From Camelus dromedarius (Eukaryota): DNA of 64,000 nt. Each line of letters starts with the position of its first letter. Within the stretch, counting starts at the first letter, position 1. The translations under genes and the position numbers were made by a program. Below the pieces are notes generated by a model. The model saw only the letters and a program-made list of their open reading frames with translations. It did no database searches and was not told the origin of the DNA. The stretch lies in contig NC_087437.1 in the NCBI RefSeq assembly GCF_036321535.1, forward strand, positions 102,054,001-102,118,000, given 5' to 3'. Shown here piece after piece: positions 1-12,720 of the stretch.

Positions 1-569
1 TGATCAACAGTCCTTATATACTGCTGTTTTAGGAATATCAAGGTATTAATGAATTCTCTAAGAAAGGAAAAAAATGATCTTATTACATCGCTACCGAGTG
101 CATTGATACAGTGTATTATTAGGTTTGCAGGTTTACATTTCTTCATGAAGTTTTCAATTTGTGGAATAAAGACTTTATTACATAGTACAAAGGGCCTAGT
201 GTTTTACATTTAACTTCATCAATTATAGAAGCATTTACTTCTAGTCACAATACTTACTCTTATTGCACCTAACATGTAAATGGTATATAGCCATACTCCA
301 CAGTCATTTTAACGTTTTCTGTGTAGTGGGTGCTATTTAGTTGAAAGGAGTTTTTTTGCTTTTTTTGTTTTTTTTTAACTGCAGTACTCTCAGGTTAGCA
401 AGCTTGTCAAACTTACAAGTTAGACAAAACAAATCAAATTCCTAAGATGTTTCGCTAGTTAAACTTACAAAAATGCATAAATTAAAAAACCTCATTCACA
501 CATAATATTCTGGGTTATAACTAAAATAATATTATACCTTCTTTGATGGTTCTTTTGATAACTGCTGTC

Positions 570-942
570 CAGGCCAAGTGCAGGTGTTATGTGGCTGAAG
601 CTTGTATCGTTTGAGGGAAGGGGGAGGCTTTAAGTCTGTGATTCTCAAATGGGGATCATCCACAGGCTCCCAGCTGGGGATTTTGAAACTATCTGGACAT
701 CTTTTTATTGTCGCAGCTACTGGAATCTAGTGATTAAGGGCATCGATGTTGCTAAGTAGCCTACAAAGCACAAGACAGCCCCTCCCAGCCCGCAACAAGG
801 AATTACCCATTCAAAAGTGTTAGCAGTGCCTCTGTTGAGAAATGCTGCTTTAATTAAAAGAATTAAAGTATAAAATTAAACACAGGAGTGAGTGACTCTG
901 AAGAATAAGCTCCATTAATTTGATAGGGAAAACTGATTCAGC
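570..942 (+). mobile_element. MER53-like hAT MITE, interrupted by MER20
   Basis: Left part 'caggtgttatgtggctgaagcttgtatcgtttgaggg' and right part 'ctctgaagaataagctccattaattt' resemble the two halves of the MER53 consensus as I recall it. Confidence 0.6.
636..847 (+). mobile_element. MER20 (hAT-Charlie MITE), near full length
   Basis: Termini ctgtgattctcaa...ttgagaaatgctg, internal 'ctactggaatctagtg' and 'cacaagacagcccc'; 8-bp TSD ctttaagt (628-635) / ctttaatt (848-855). Confidence 0.9.
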
Positions 943-2039
943 TTTTACTCCAATACAAAATCCCAAGTCACATATCTTTCTTTCTGGATACTGCCTTAGA
1001 CCTTACAAATTTCCACCTCTGGCTAAAGGTTTCAGAAGAGTGGAGAAACTAATGTGCTTTAAATGGAAGGTCTCTGTCTAATGAATTTAAAAGACAACTA
1101 CATAATACATGATAATGAGATTGGCAAGCACCAAGTTACAATGATTTGATTAACTTAATGGAGTCTACAGGGGAAAATGGATAGAAACTTCACAGATTGC
1201 AGGTAACATTTTCCTAGAAGTAGCAAATTAGTGAAAGTAAGAAGTATTTTAAAGTTACTTTAAAAATTTATTTTATAGCTTCTGCACTTCTTTGTCACTC
1301 AAGATGTAATCACTTTGCACAACTCTGATAAAGTGTCTTACAAGTTAAGTATTCAAGCCCTTATTGGGGACGGACAGCTATTAAAAAAAGCACGTACCAG
1401 GTGGCTCTGCATGAGGCCTGTGACACTAATCCATGCACCCCCCCCACACACACACACACACTTCTGGCTTTCTAAAAATAGCCTGACTCATTAAACTACC
1501 AGAATTTTTAAAATAAACAGAAACTCAAACTACTTAATTTGCGTATATTGCTCATAGTAAAAGTAATATTCTTTACTGCCAAGCTACCAGCTGCATGGTG
1601 TTAGTGACGAGTCTAGCCAAGGTTAGGCTGAGTGGTCTATACCTCTTCTACCTACCACACCACTAAGAGGGTCATCATGCAGCCCTTTATTTAATCGGTA
1701 ATTATTTAACTTATATTTGGGTGACATCACACTGTTCACAGATACACAGTCAGAAATACAAATTTGTATTACTTTAAACAGTGTTTCTGCAATGCTTGCT
1801 GTTTTGCTAAATAGAGGTGATTTCAACCTTTCAGAAAGTTAAGAAAACAAAAAACGGATATTGCTGTGGTTATCTGAGAGTTTAAATTTTGTAAGGAAGA
1901 AACTGGCCATATAGGCTTTTATGTATTTTTTGAGAAATATATTAAATATCCAAAGCAATGCTCACTTGCACCTAAAAATAGATACTATTCATAACCTTCG
2001 CACTCATACTTATTTATATCTTTATCTTTCCTTCTGTTC

Positions 2040-2260
2040 AACAGCAGGCTTCTCAAAAGAACAGTGTTCCCTACCTCAATTACCCCGCTATCCACACAGC
2101 TCTTAATATTTCTTGCATTCTGTCCTCTTTACCCCCTGCACCAAATCATCAATACTGTTTTGCGGAATATCTTTAAGCTCCTTGGTTCCTGTAGAGTTGT
2201 AGGTATACCAGTAAGTGCCTCATTTTCTTGGCATCTCTATCAGTTGACACAGTCTTCTTA
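2040..2260 (+). mobile_element. L2 fragment (degraded)
   Basis: Pyrimidine-rich L2-like motifs such as 'cttggcatctctatcagttgacacagtc'. Confidence 0.4.
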
Positions 2261-2324
2261 AGATTACTCTTTTTTTTTCATAATTGTCATGGTTTATGCA
2301 AATAATGTCTTCATGTATTAGAAA

Positions 2325-2650
2325 TAAAATTAAAAATCAAAACGTAAGTGTCAACAAGGCTTTGAAGAAATTGAGACCCGTGTACGCTGTTGTTGAGAAT
2401 ATAAAATGAAGCAGCCACTATGGAAAATGGTATGAAATTTTATTCAAAAAGCACATGATTCAGTAATCCACTTCTGGGTGTATAGTCAAAAGATTTGAAA
2501 CTAGGATCTTGAAGAGATATCTATGCTTCCATGTTCATTGCATTGTTCTTAATAACCAAGATGTGGAAACAAGGTTAATTGTCTATTGACAGATAAATGA
2601 AAAAAAAAAAAAAGAAATTGGTATACATATACAACTGAATACTAAACATT
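2325..2650 (+). mobile_element. Old L1 (L1M) ORF2-end/3' fragment
   Basis: 'gcagccactatggaaaatggtatg', 'ccacttctgggtgtata', 'ccatgttcattgca', 'ccaagatgtggaaacaa'. Confidence 0.85.
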
Positions 2651-2759
2651 ATTTTTAAAGCTTTCATGAATTTGATTATATCTTTTTTAAGCCAAGATAC
2701 TACCTCTTTAAGTCCACAAACTTTTCACCTCTAGTGACTCCACATCTGGCTGAAGGTCC

Positions 2760-2950
2760 CTTCAAATGAACACCATATTTTGTAGTCATGGCTCGTATTT
2801 TACTACATTGTCATTGCCCATTTAATTGTTAGTTTTCTCCTCTAAGGGGCAACTTACTGGAGGATAGAAACTGTCTTATTTTGTGACTTGCTCTTAACCC
2901 TAGGCACAGAGCAGGTGTGTGATAAATCTGTGTTAAAACAAAATAAACAG
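2760..2950 (+). mobile_element. L2 3' end
   Basis: 'gaggatagaaactgtcttattt...cctaggcacagagcagg...ataaatctgtgttaaa' resembles the L2 terminus. Confidence 0.55.
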
Positions 2951-3109
2951 AAGCAGCCACCCTGCTGTCTGATTAATATTCCTCATTCTCAGTTCTAGAT
3001 CTGATTCTCACCTGCTTGAATACTTTCTTGAGTCTCTGACAATCATTACTATTTGTCTACACAAACTCCATCTCACAAAAAAGCCTTTATCTGAAAATAG
3101 GTCACAAAT

Positions 3110-3548
3110 TACATTGGGTGTGATTATGTATTCATTTGGAAACAACCATTTCAGTAGCACCAGCTCTGTGAGAGCTCTGGTTAATAAGATACAATCATAA
3201 GTCTATTGGGAATTTGTGAGAAAGTTTTAAATTTCTTGATAAAATGGGAGGGAAGTAGCTGATGTCACCCTTCCACACTCCTGCTTGATTTGTGGAACAT
3301 AATGTGTAGAATTGCGGCAGCCATCTTGATTCCTCAAGGCAGCATGTGAACAGGAAGTCAATGTGCCTCAGGATAATATAAGGGAAATAGATTAACAGCT
3401 GGAGTCTTTGGTAACATTTTAGATAACTAAATCAATTCCAGCAACTTCTTCTTCCTTGATTTTATAGTATTCAAGAAAAATAAACCCTCTTTAAATATCC
3501 TTAGTGTTATTTGTTTTTCAAACAATGGCAATATTCTCAGTGTATTCA
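3110..3548 (+). mobile_element. Old MaLR LTR (MLT1J/K-like)
   Basis: 'gcggcagccatcttga', 'ctggagtctttggtaacatt', 'gaaaaataaaccctct'. Confidence 0.7.
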
Positions 3549-5039
3549 TTAAAAGCCCCCGACATTCAAAATCATCCTTTGCTCCAAGTTTCAGTTTTGT
3601 ATACTTTCTTCTAATCACGACAAAAAACATTGCACTTCAAAAAGACAAGGTTCTCAATGTTTTGGAAAACTCCACTTGAACTGAATGGCACAGGAATTAC
3701 AGTGAATTGGTCACAGAAAAAATAAACCCCCCCAAAAAGGGAAATATTCTCTGTATTCCTGCATGAAATTTTGTAATGAAGATATTCATGGTAATGAAGT
3801 GGACTGTTATTTATTACTTAGAAATAATAGGGAACTATGCAGATTTGGAGTTCTAGGATATTTATGGACATTTGTGGATTTATGCAGTCTTTATAATAAC
3901 CCAGAATAAACATTTTTATAAAAATTCATTTCACATATTTTGAGACTTACAATCTTTTCTGGTCCCTTTAGATTCTTATTTAATATTTTGAAATACAAGT
4001 TTAGATAAAGAGTGTCTTCTGTGTAATCATAGCTGCTAAGTAACTGGAGTGGTCTTTTATATGTTTGAAACCAAAAGAGAGAAGTAAATCTTCAAAAATC
4101 CTGCAAGAGAAATAGGTATTGTCAGTTCACTTTACCCATATCTGATATCTCAAGTGTGAAATTAATTCAGGCTTTGCAACGCTTAGCTGTTACAGAGATA
4201 AGTATAGTTAATTTCAGCTATACTGTGATCATTGACATGATAAATAAGTTGCTCAAATATGAATACCTATACCTCACTGGAAACGTAGAATAAGCAAAAA
4301 TGACAATATAAAACGGCAAAGTCAATTTTAAAGTTGTCTGTCTTCTTTCTTGATTAATAAACATTACCAATATTGACTGCCTGGTCTTCCAAATTGCAGT
4401 GCTTTTTTTTTTTTTAATTTCAATTAATTAGAGATCATTTAGAAATTGTATTTTCCTTTGTAAGTATTCATTTTTCTTGCTCAAGTAGGACCCAAATGGA
4501 CTCTGATTTGATTTAGTAGAAAAACTGGGGAAGGGAAAACAAGAAACCCATGACAGGGAATAGAAAATAAATAAATAGCAATTCTCTAAAAATTAAATGA
4601 CTGAGGGTGTCCCAAAGGGCACTGAAAAAGGTAGCCATTCTAGGTATTGAATAGATCTAAGTCATTGGCATTTGCGTGATCATTTTTTCTTTCCCAAAGG
4701 GATGTTTGAAGGAGTTAGAACTCCTTTAGCATTAGTGGATGATATTGTTAGCAGCAACAAAAAAGAATAATGATGTTAGCAATAAGAAGCTTTTTCCCAT
4801 GAGGGAACAACTACTCTCTTGTATTTCCCCTCTGTTAAGGAGAAAAGATGATGGAAATCTTTTTAAAAACTCTGAGATGATAAGCAGCACATGTATTCAT
4901 TTTGGAGGTCAAGTGCCCTTTGGTTTCATAGCCCAGTACTTAGAATGGAAAATTCAGTGAACAAGGGCTTTTCACAAATTTGTTTTTTGACGAAATATTT
5001 GAAATATGCAAGATAATATGTATAACATGTATTGAAGCC

Positions 5040-5730
5040 ATGAAGCATAAAGTAGAATTGAACAATAGAGCCCCCCCCAAATACTGGTATTAGTGTCATT
5101 GAAGTGATTTCTGTTCTTCTTCCATGTTCCACGATGTTGCCATCCTTGTGAGTCATCCCACACAAAAAAATGCTAGTGTGAACTATTTGTTTATCAGTTT
5201 CTTGATTTTCTTCTTAATACTGTTAGTATCTATGTGAGTATCTTTTAAACAATATGTTATCTAGTTTTGCTTTTATTTAGTCATTATAAAAATGACTTTG
5301 GATTTGCAGATACTAACTAGTATATATAAAATAGATAAACAACAAGTTTATACTGTATAGCACAGGGGACTATATTCAATATCTTGTAATAACCTATAAT
5401 GAAAAAGAATATGAAAACGAATATATGTATGTATATGTATATGTATGACTGAGCTATTATGCTGTACAGCAGAAATTGACACAACATTGTAAACTCATTA
5501 TACTTCAATAAAATAAAATTTAAAAAAACAATATCTGAAAAAATAATGACTTCATACTCTAGGGCTTCAAATTCTAGAGTTTTTTTTTTTTTTCAAGGCA
5601 GAATATATCTATAAGATTCATGAAGCCATATTCATTTCCTTTAAATGTATTAGTCTCCCAGTGGACATATGTAAGAGTTTCTAGGGTATAAAGTTATGAA
5701 AGGAGTTGTTGGGTCATTGGATTACTTTCG
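5040..5730 (-). mobile_element. Old L1 (L1ME-like) 3' fragment hosting a younger L1
   Basis: 'aaacaatatgttatctagttttgc' before the insert; 'taagagtttctagggtata...ggagttgttgggtcat' after it. Confidence 0.55.
5299..5544 (+). mobile_element. Young 5'-truncated L1 3' end (cetartiodactyl/camelid type)
   Basis: 'gatttgcagatactaact...aacaacaagtttatactgtatagcacagg...aaattgacacaacattgtaaact', AATAAA and A-rich tail; TSD aatgactt at 5291-5298 and 5545-5552. Confidence 0.9.
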
Positions 5731-7529
5731 TAATAAAATGGTTGGTTCAGACATTCTTACTCTAAAGTTCTATCTGAAGTTTTCAAAATGTAAAACCAAC
5801 ACTTTAATATATTAAGTTATTAATGAAAAATACTGAATAACATTTTAGGAAATATAAAAATTCTACTGCAATTAACTAAAATATCTGATGCAAAGGTTCA
5901 TCCTGACATAAATTGCAGAAATATCTTGCCTGGCTATTTAGAAATCCATAGGAAGAGTCTTTAATTGCTGAGTCTTTTCCCACCTACATTAACATAATTA
6001 TTTTAAATACTAATTATTTATTGCTTTGCTAGATCTCAGAACTATAATCATAATAAGCAGCAATCTACCAGATTGATTTTTTCCTGATTATTTCATCAGG
6101 AAATATCATTCTAAATTATTAAAATCTGCCTTAAAATCACATGTCTTTATACTTCAAAGAAGGATATAAGAAAATAAAGGTTTATGTTTTTATTCATATG
6201 TTTCTTTTATAAGTATCTTATTCTGATTAAGAGAAAATACATGTTTGTGGATAATAATTGTTAAGAAAGGGACTTTAGGAAAATCCACTCTTCATTAGGA
6301 ATCTACAGAACCTTGAGCTTCGCTGTGGGTACGTAGCCAGTCGGCCCCTGTGACTCATGCTTATTGATGAGAGCTGTTTTCAAGCAGGCAGCTGTGATGG
6401 GAAGCACAGCAATCATTCATCTAGAAACACTTGATCAACAGGAAGGGTAAATGGTGATGGTGATTTCTTTCTAGAAAGATAGGGCAACCACGCTTGATAA
6501 AACTAAACAAAATGAAGTTTTAAATCATCATATAAATTCCATCTGCAACTCCTTGGACTTCAGAGAAGATGTGACTGTTGATTTGTTTGATTATGAGTAT
6601 TAAGGTAAAATAAAGTAAGTCGCTAAAATAGAATGCATACAAATCCAAAATTTTCGGAAAAGTTGCGCTTTCCTGCTCGTTGCTGACCAGACTTTTATGT
6701 GCCGTCTATGGAACGTGAAATGCGATTGAACAGGTTAGAAAACGAGGCTGGCAGCACTGTCAGTGTATCCTCTGTCTCCGTGAGAAAATCTCCTGGGGAG
6801 ACTGTTAATCGGCACTTCTGTGTGCTCTGCATCTGCAGACACTCATTTTTCTTCTTGGACCACCTTTTATTTCACTCCAGCATTGTACATGATTTTTACT
6901 ACCTTTCTAAGCAGCTAAAGACTCAATGGGCTTTGTGGTTAAGTCCCAACACTAGTGTCTCATTTATCTGAGGTCAGTAAATACACGCAAAGGGCATTCT
7001 TTGGAATGGTGATGTTTTAGCTGAAAAATTAAGGAGAATTTTTCCACTCTTCCAAAAAAGATGTCAAGAATCCTATGGATAAGAAATAGACAAGAGGTTC
7101 CAAAGCACGGCGGGTGACTTAGAAATGTGATAGGGTTCCAAAAAATTTATTAGATGCCACAGAATTCCTGGTTGGGTCTGAAATGAAGACACGTCAAACA
7201 TTAGCACCTGAACATGTAGAACAATAGAAAAGTTCCTCCATGTGTAGTTAAGCGTGTACTTACAGGAGAGAAGAAGTATAATTGTAGTACCTGTGACAAC
7301 AACAGTACCACACGGAACCTATAACCAAATCTGATACATTATCTGAAAGCAAATGTATTTCAGTTTATTTAAAAGATAATCTCTTTTTTAAAAATCTTGT
7401 GTTCCCTTATGTATACCTGTATCATTTCATACTATGCAGAATATGGAATGCATGGAAAATGAGTTTTGAAGAAATACAGGATTGCTCTCCTGTGGTTTAA
7501 ATGGCATTTTTATTTTGCAGTGCTTTCGT

Positions 7530-9730
7530 ATTTATAGATGGGTTGCCAGGATGGAACAGAGAGTATGCCATATATCCTTGACCTCATTTCTCCTAACAGT
7601 AACACCAACATAGCTATGTTACATGGTCAAAGTAGGAGATTAACAATGCACCTTACTTCTTACGAAACTTCAGGTTTTATTTCAACATTATCAGGTTTTT
7701 TTTTTCCACTACTTTTTTATGTTCCAAGAATCCAATTAAGAATAACGCATTACATTTAGTCATCTAAGTCCTCCTAGTCTTGGATTGTGACAGTTATCAA
7801 CATTTCCTTGCCTTTCATGACCCTGACAGTTTTGAAGGGAACCAGTCAGAGATTATGATGTGTTCCTAGTCAGGGTGAGTCTGATTTTATCTTCCTCATG
7901 CTTAGTCTGGGGTGCCTGAATTATAGGAAGAATACCACAGAGGCGAAATGTCCTTCTCATCCCATCGCATGATGAGATGCGTCAGTGATAAGACCGGGAA
8001 CATGATATCAACATGACTCACCACTGGTGATGCTAAACTTGATCACTTGATTGAGGTATTGTCTGCCAGATCTCTCCATTCTAACGTTTCTATTTCTTCC
8101 ATACTCACTAAGAATATTCCACACTCAGGAATGGGTAAGATGATTAAAATCTACATCCTGAAGGAGGCAGTATCTATGTATTATGTGGAATTTTGTAGGG
8201 AAGATTTATTTATCTCTTCCCTTTTTTGTTTTTCAATCATTTATATCAGTATGTTCTTGTTTACTTATTTTATATGAGTTACAATCCAATCCTACATCAT
8301 TTGTTTTGTTGTTCAAATTATTTTTAAATTTACCCATCCAGAGCTCTTTTGGCTTAGCTCCGGGGTCCTTTTGACATGTGTCCTTCCTTTTGGTTTTGGA
8401 ATGCTTCCTGTTTTCTGAGACAAGAAATTCCACACTCAACTTGCATATTCCCTGCCCAACACTCTAATCAGTAACTTCCCCAAGAAGGCATAGTTCCTTT
8501 TGTTGGAGAATAGCACTTAGAAATGAAGATCTATTGGGATGTTACTGCTGTTAGGCCCACTCAGCAAACAGAACTAGGAAATATGTGTTCATAGGCTATC
8601 CCAGGTATATCCACATACCTATAAATATTTTTTTCCATCTATCTGTTTTGTCTGTCTGTCCATCCATTCATCTCTCTACCTACCTATTAAATATGAATTC
8701 AAACCAATGTTTCCAACTCTAGTCCAAGATCACAAGGTTTAGTCTAGCCTCACTCTGCTTATTTGTAACTTCTTTCTCTGACGGTGAAAATCTAGCTTCA
8801 GTTACCTAACATCTACTTACCTATTTTTTCAACTCTAGTACTGATGTAAAGTTCTCTCATAATTTTTAATACATATCCTTGTGAGAAATAAATTTACAAA
8901 CTATATAGTACAGGGTTTTTATATACAGTTAGAATTGTCTTACATTCTCCAGTCAAAGTACTGTTATGCAGAGTTAACGGAGGTCAGCTTTTTTTTTTTC
9001 CTTTCTGTAGGTTACAGCATACATTTATGGCACAGATTAATTTATTACAATCTGCATTTCATCCCAAGATTCTCTAACATCCTGTTTGTTACTGTTATTA
9101 TTATTTTTGTTGTTGTTTGTACATATGGGCAAACCTTGTTTTACTGCACTTTACTCTCACAGTTACTGCATTTTTTTACAAATTGAAGATTTGTGGCAAC
9201 CCTGAGCTGAGCAAGTCTGTCAGCACCATTTTCCCAACATCATTTGCTCGCTTCATGTCTCTGTATCACATTTTGGTACTTCTCATAATATTATAAACTT
9301 TTTACATTCTTAATATATTTGTGATGGTGATCTGTGATCAATGATCCTTCATGTTACTACTACAACTAGCTGAAGGCTCAGAAGGAGGTTGGCATTTTTT
9401 AGCAGTAAGTTATTTTTAAAGTATGACATTGTTCCTTTAGACATAAGGCTACTGCACCCTTAACGGAATACAGTATAGTGTAAACATAACTTTTATATAC
9501 ACAGGGAAACCAAAAAAAAAAAAGATTGTTTGACTCCCTTTATTGTGATATTTGCTTTGTTGTGGTGGTCTGGAACCAAACCTGCATATCTCAGAATATC
9601 TCCAAGTTAAGCCTGTATTAAAGTTCACTGTTTATAATATATAGTACTATGTGTTTTGACAAGTGCATAAAATATCTACTACACAAGTGTTATGCAGAAC
9701 ACCTTCTGCTTTACTGACAAAAATTTACAA
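7530..9730 (-). mobile_element. L1MC-type 3' end, interrupted by Tigger1
   Basis: 'gaagaataccacagaggcgaaatgtccttctcatc', 'cttgatcacttgattgaggtattgtctgccagatctctcca'; resumes after the Tigger with 'aaagttcactg...tgttttgacaagtgcata'. Confidence 0.85.
9126..9615 (+). mobile_element. Internally deleted Tigger1 (Tigger1a-type MITE, TcMar)
   Basis: Tigger1 5' part ('ttacaaattgaagatttgtggcaaccctg') joined directly to the 3' part ('gctgaaggctcaga...ggtggtctggaaccaaacc...gcctg'); TA on both sides (9124-9125, 9616-9617). Confidence 0.92.
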
Positions 9731-11125
9731 TTTACACATGTTACTTCCATCTGGAGTACCGTGTCCCAGTCCTCTTTGCCAGGTAAATATATGTTCTCCT
9801 TTAAGATTCAACACGAGCATCACTTTCTTGTTGGGGCTTCTCTGACTCAGGAATCTCTAGGATCTCCTGCCTCTAGGCTTCATTTCAGCTGTGTGTAGTC
9901 CAAATGTCAGTTTATCTTTATGTTTTCACACTCTGTTTTTCATCTCTACACAACGATGCTTAGAGCAGAACTTGGAGGAATTGTAGCTGGTTCTGAGGCA
10001 TGCTACTGGAACTGGTAATAATTCGTTCACCAGTTTCCTCCAGATGGGTACAAACCATGGCCATGTCTTAGTGTTCCTTGGTTTTGTCTTCTTTTGGCCT
10101 GAGATGCTTTTATATCTATCCGTTTGTCCACTATTCACCACTCTCTGGTCTTTAATAATATTGCTTAGTCCAAGTTCTTCCCCCAGTCCTCAGGCCACCC
10201 TTCATGTTGTTGATCTCTGCTCTCCACGTGCTTATTAGATGTTGACATTCATAGGTATTCTATTCTTAGTTTACAGAGAAGATAGTGTCCCTGGGAATTT
10301 TCAGCCCTACCTCTAATAACCCTGCCAAGAATAAATTAATAACCAATACTAATATGCCTCCATCCAAAACTTAACTAATGAACTGTGTATTTTGATATTT
10401 AGGTAACTACGGGAAAACTCTGTTACACAAATAACTTAAACTCATCATTAACTAAGGACATTATCCCCCAGGTCTGTTCTTCCTACTCTATTGACCACAC
10501 TGATTGATGGCAGTGAGCAATCAAAATCTGGACAATCATTTTAAAATCCAAGTGCAAAATTTTCAGTAATCCTTTTCCAATTACCACCTTTCTGTATAGG
10601 CCACTCTCTCTAACATCCATTCAACTACAATCATTTAAGCCCATTGCAATTGTTAGTATACAGATCTTACCAAGTTTTAATGGCCCCTTATCCCTCAGCT
10701 GCCAATATTCACACTTATTACCTTACCCAGAATAAATGTCACAGGTGAGGATTACAGGCTTTTCATGCTTTCACCTTGAACTCCCTTGTCATTTTGGTGG
10801 TTTTGTTTACTCATTTGGAAGAATAAACAAGCTGTCACTCAGTCAGACACGCAATCACACTAACTGGTTCCTCCTTAATTTCAAAACAACTCCTTCAAGT
10901 GAGACTCTTACTTTTTAAATTAATTCTCCTGAAAGGTGATTCTCATATGTGGAGCTTATAACTTGTTTTCTGACCCACACTTGTGAACTATTACCCTAGG
11001 ATCACAGGTCATCATATTTGCCTTTGAAACTCTGTTCAACTTGTTGAGAAACCATCTTTTATTATACGAGTTGAATTAAGATGAAGTCTTTTCTCTTAAA
11101 CTATTTTAAGCATTGATTTATTGTA

Positions 11126-11169
11126 TGTGTGTGTGTGTGTGTGTGTGTGAGAGTGTGTGTGTGTGTGTG
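11126..11169 (+). repeat. (TG)n microsatellite with a GAGA interruption
   Basis: Read directly. Confidence 0.97.
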
Positions 11170-11549
11170 CTTGGTAACTAGGGATGTTGCTTTTTATTAC
11201 TGTGGATTTTTTTGTAATTCATTTTCCTTAGTCATTTGTAAGCCCTCTTTATCCAATTTTATTATTATTTACAGAAGTATCCATTTATGGAGGGGGTTGA
11301 TGACTTGTAATCATTGCATGCTGTTGTATTTTTTACAGAATAAGGGTCGTATCTGGGAAGAAATCTCCTGACAGATTCAGAGAAAAGGTGAACACTTATA
11401 CATTACACTTATACAATCAGAAAATAAATACACTAAATATTGGAAACTGCCAGTGGAATGAGTTAGGGACACAGTCAATGCCTGTTGAAGTTAAATTGGG
11501 ACTCATGGAGAAAGGGAAAATGTGTGACCAATGTACATGTTTTTATTAA

Positions 11550-11885
11550 TTTTTAATAGACTTCATTTCTTAAAAGAGCTTTACATTTATAGAAAGATTG
11601 AGAAGATGGTGCAGAGAGTTTCCATTTACTCCACATCCAGTTTCCCCAATTATTAGGATTTTATATTAATATGGCATATTTGTTATAATTAATGAAACTG
11701 ATGTGACACATTATTATAAACTAAGGCCTATGGTTCATTTAGATTTTCTTGCTCTTTACCTGCTGTTCTTTTTCTGTCCCAGAATCCCATCCAGGTTACC
11801 TTATTATATTTATTTGCCCTGTTTCCTTAGGCTGTTCCCGCGACAGCTTCTCAGACGTTCTTTGCTCTTGATGACAGACAGTTTC
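11550..11885 (-). mobile_element. L1MC 3' terminal fragment
   Basis: 'agattgagaagatggtgcagagagtttcca', 'catatttgttataattaatgaaac', 'ctgtcccagaatcccatccagg'. Confidence 0.85.
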
Positions 11886-12604
11886 CCCGGTTAATTTTTT
11901 AAATGCTATTTAAGTGAATACTTCAAAGTATAACTCATAAAAAGAAAAAAACTACTTTTCATGATTTCTAGAATCTGATGATATTAAAGGTCTTTAGGGA
12001 AAAAAAGGCAGTCCATTTACATATCAACAGGCTTCAGAGGGGAAGAAAGACAAAAGCCTATAGTAATTAAGTGCTGCTATAGAGCAAAAGAATTTATATC
12101 TTCTTCTACATGGCCTTAGGCAATTCTGAAGCACTTTAATAATCTATGCCCAATGAGTTCTTTATTTATAGTGCATTCCAGTTTCCATTTTTAACTAAAA
12201 AGACAAGTGAGTCAGCTCATTGGATATCTTTTCTTTCAAAATATGCGAGTATTTCTATTTCTCCTGAAATCAAGGAAGTATTTCGAGATATGCAGAGTCT
12301 GAGAGATATCATTTCTACTTGTCTTTCCTTCACGCCATTTTCCCCTAAGGGATAGTTTAATTTTCTTGATGTTTGTTTTTAAAGACCTACAGGAAATAGC
12401 AGTTAAAAGCAAATGTTTGATGCTGTGGAATTTGTTTTTTCTGCCTTGAAAATTGGTGTCAGGATGACACCTAGAACTCGTTCGTCAGTCAGCAAGCACA
12501 AATGCATTAAGGGCTTAATCTGTGCCTGCAGAGTAAATCCATGGGATACAGAGATGAATGGAAATGGCCCCCTTCGGGGGGTGCTCTGTCCCATGGTTTA
12601 GTCA

Positions 12605-12720
12605 TATGCATTCCAGCCACGTATAATTACTGAATGCCTATTCTCTGATAAGGTCTGTGACAGGCCTTAAATACTTAAAAAGTTACTGTCCTGAGGGTGC
12701 TTGCAACTTGTAGGGAGGAT
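12605..12720 (-). mobile_element. L2 3' end fragment
   Basis: 'cattccagccacgtataattactgaatgcctattctctgataaggtctgtgacagg' resembles the reverse L2 terminus. Confidence 0.5.

Noticed and set aside
6080..6103. Short inverted repeat tttcctgat-N6-atcaggaaa
   Set aside because: A 9-bp AT-rich stem is expected by chance in 64 kb
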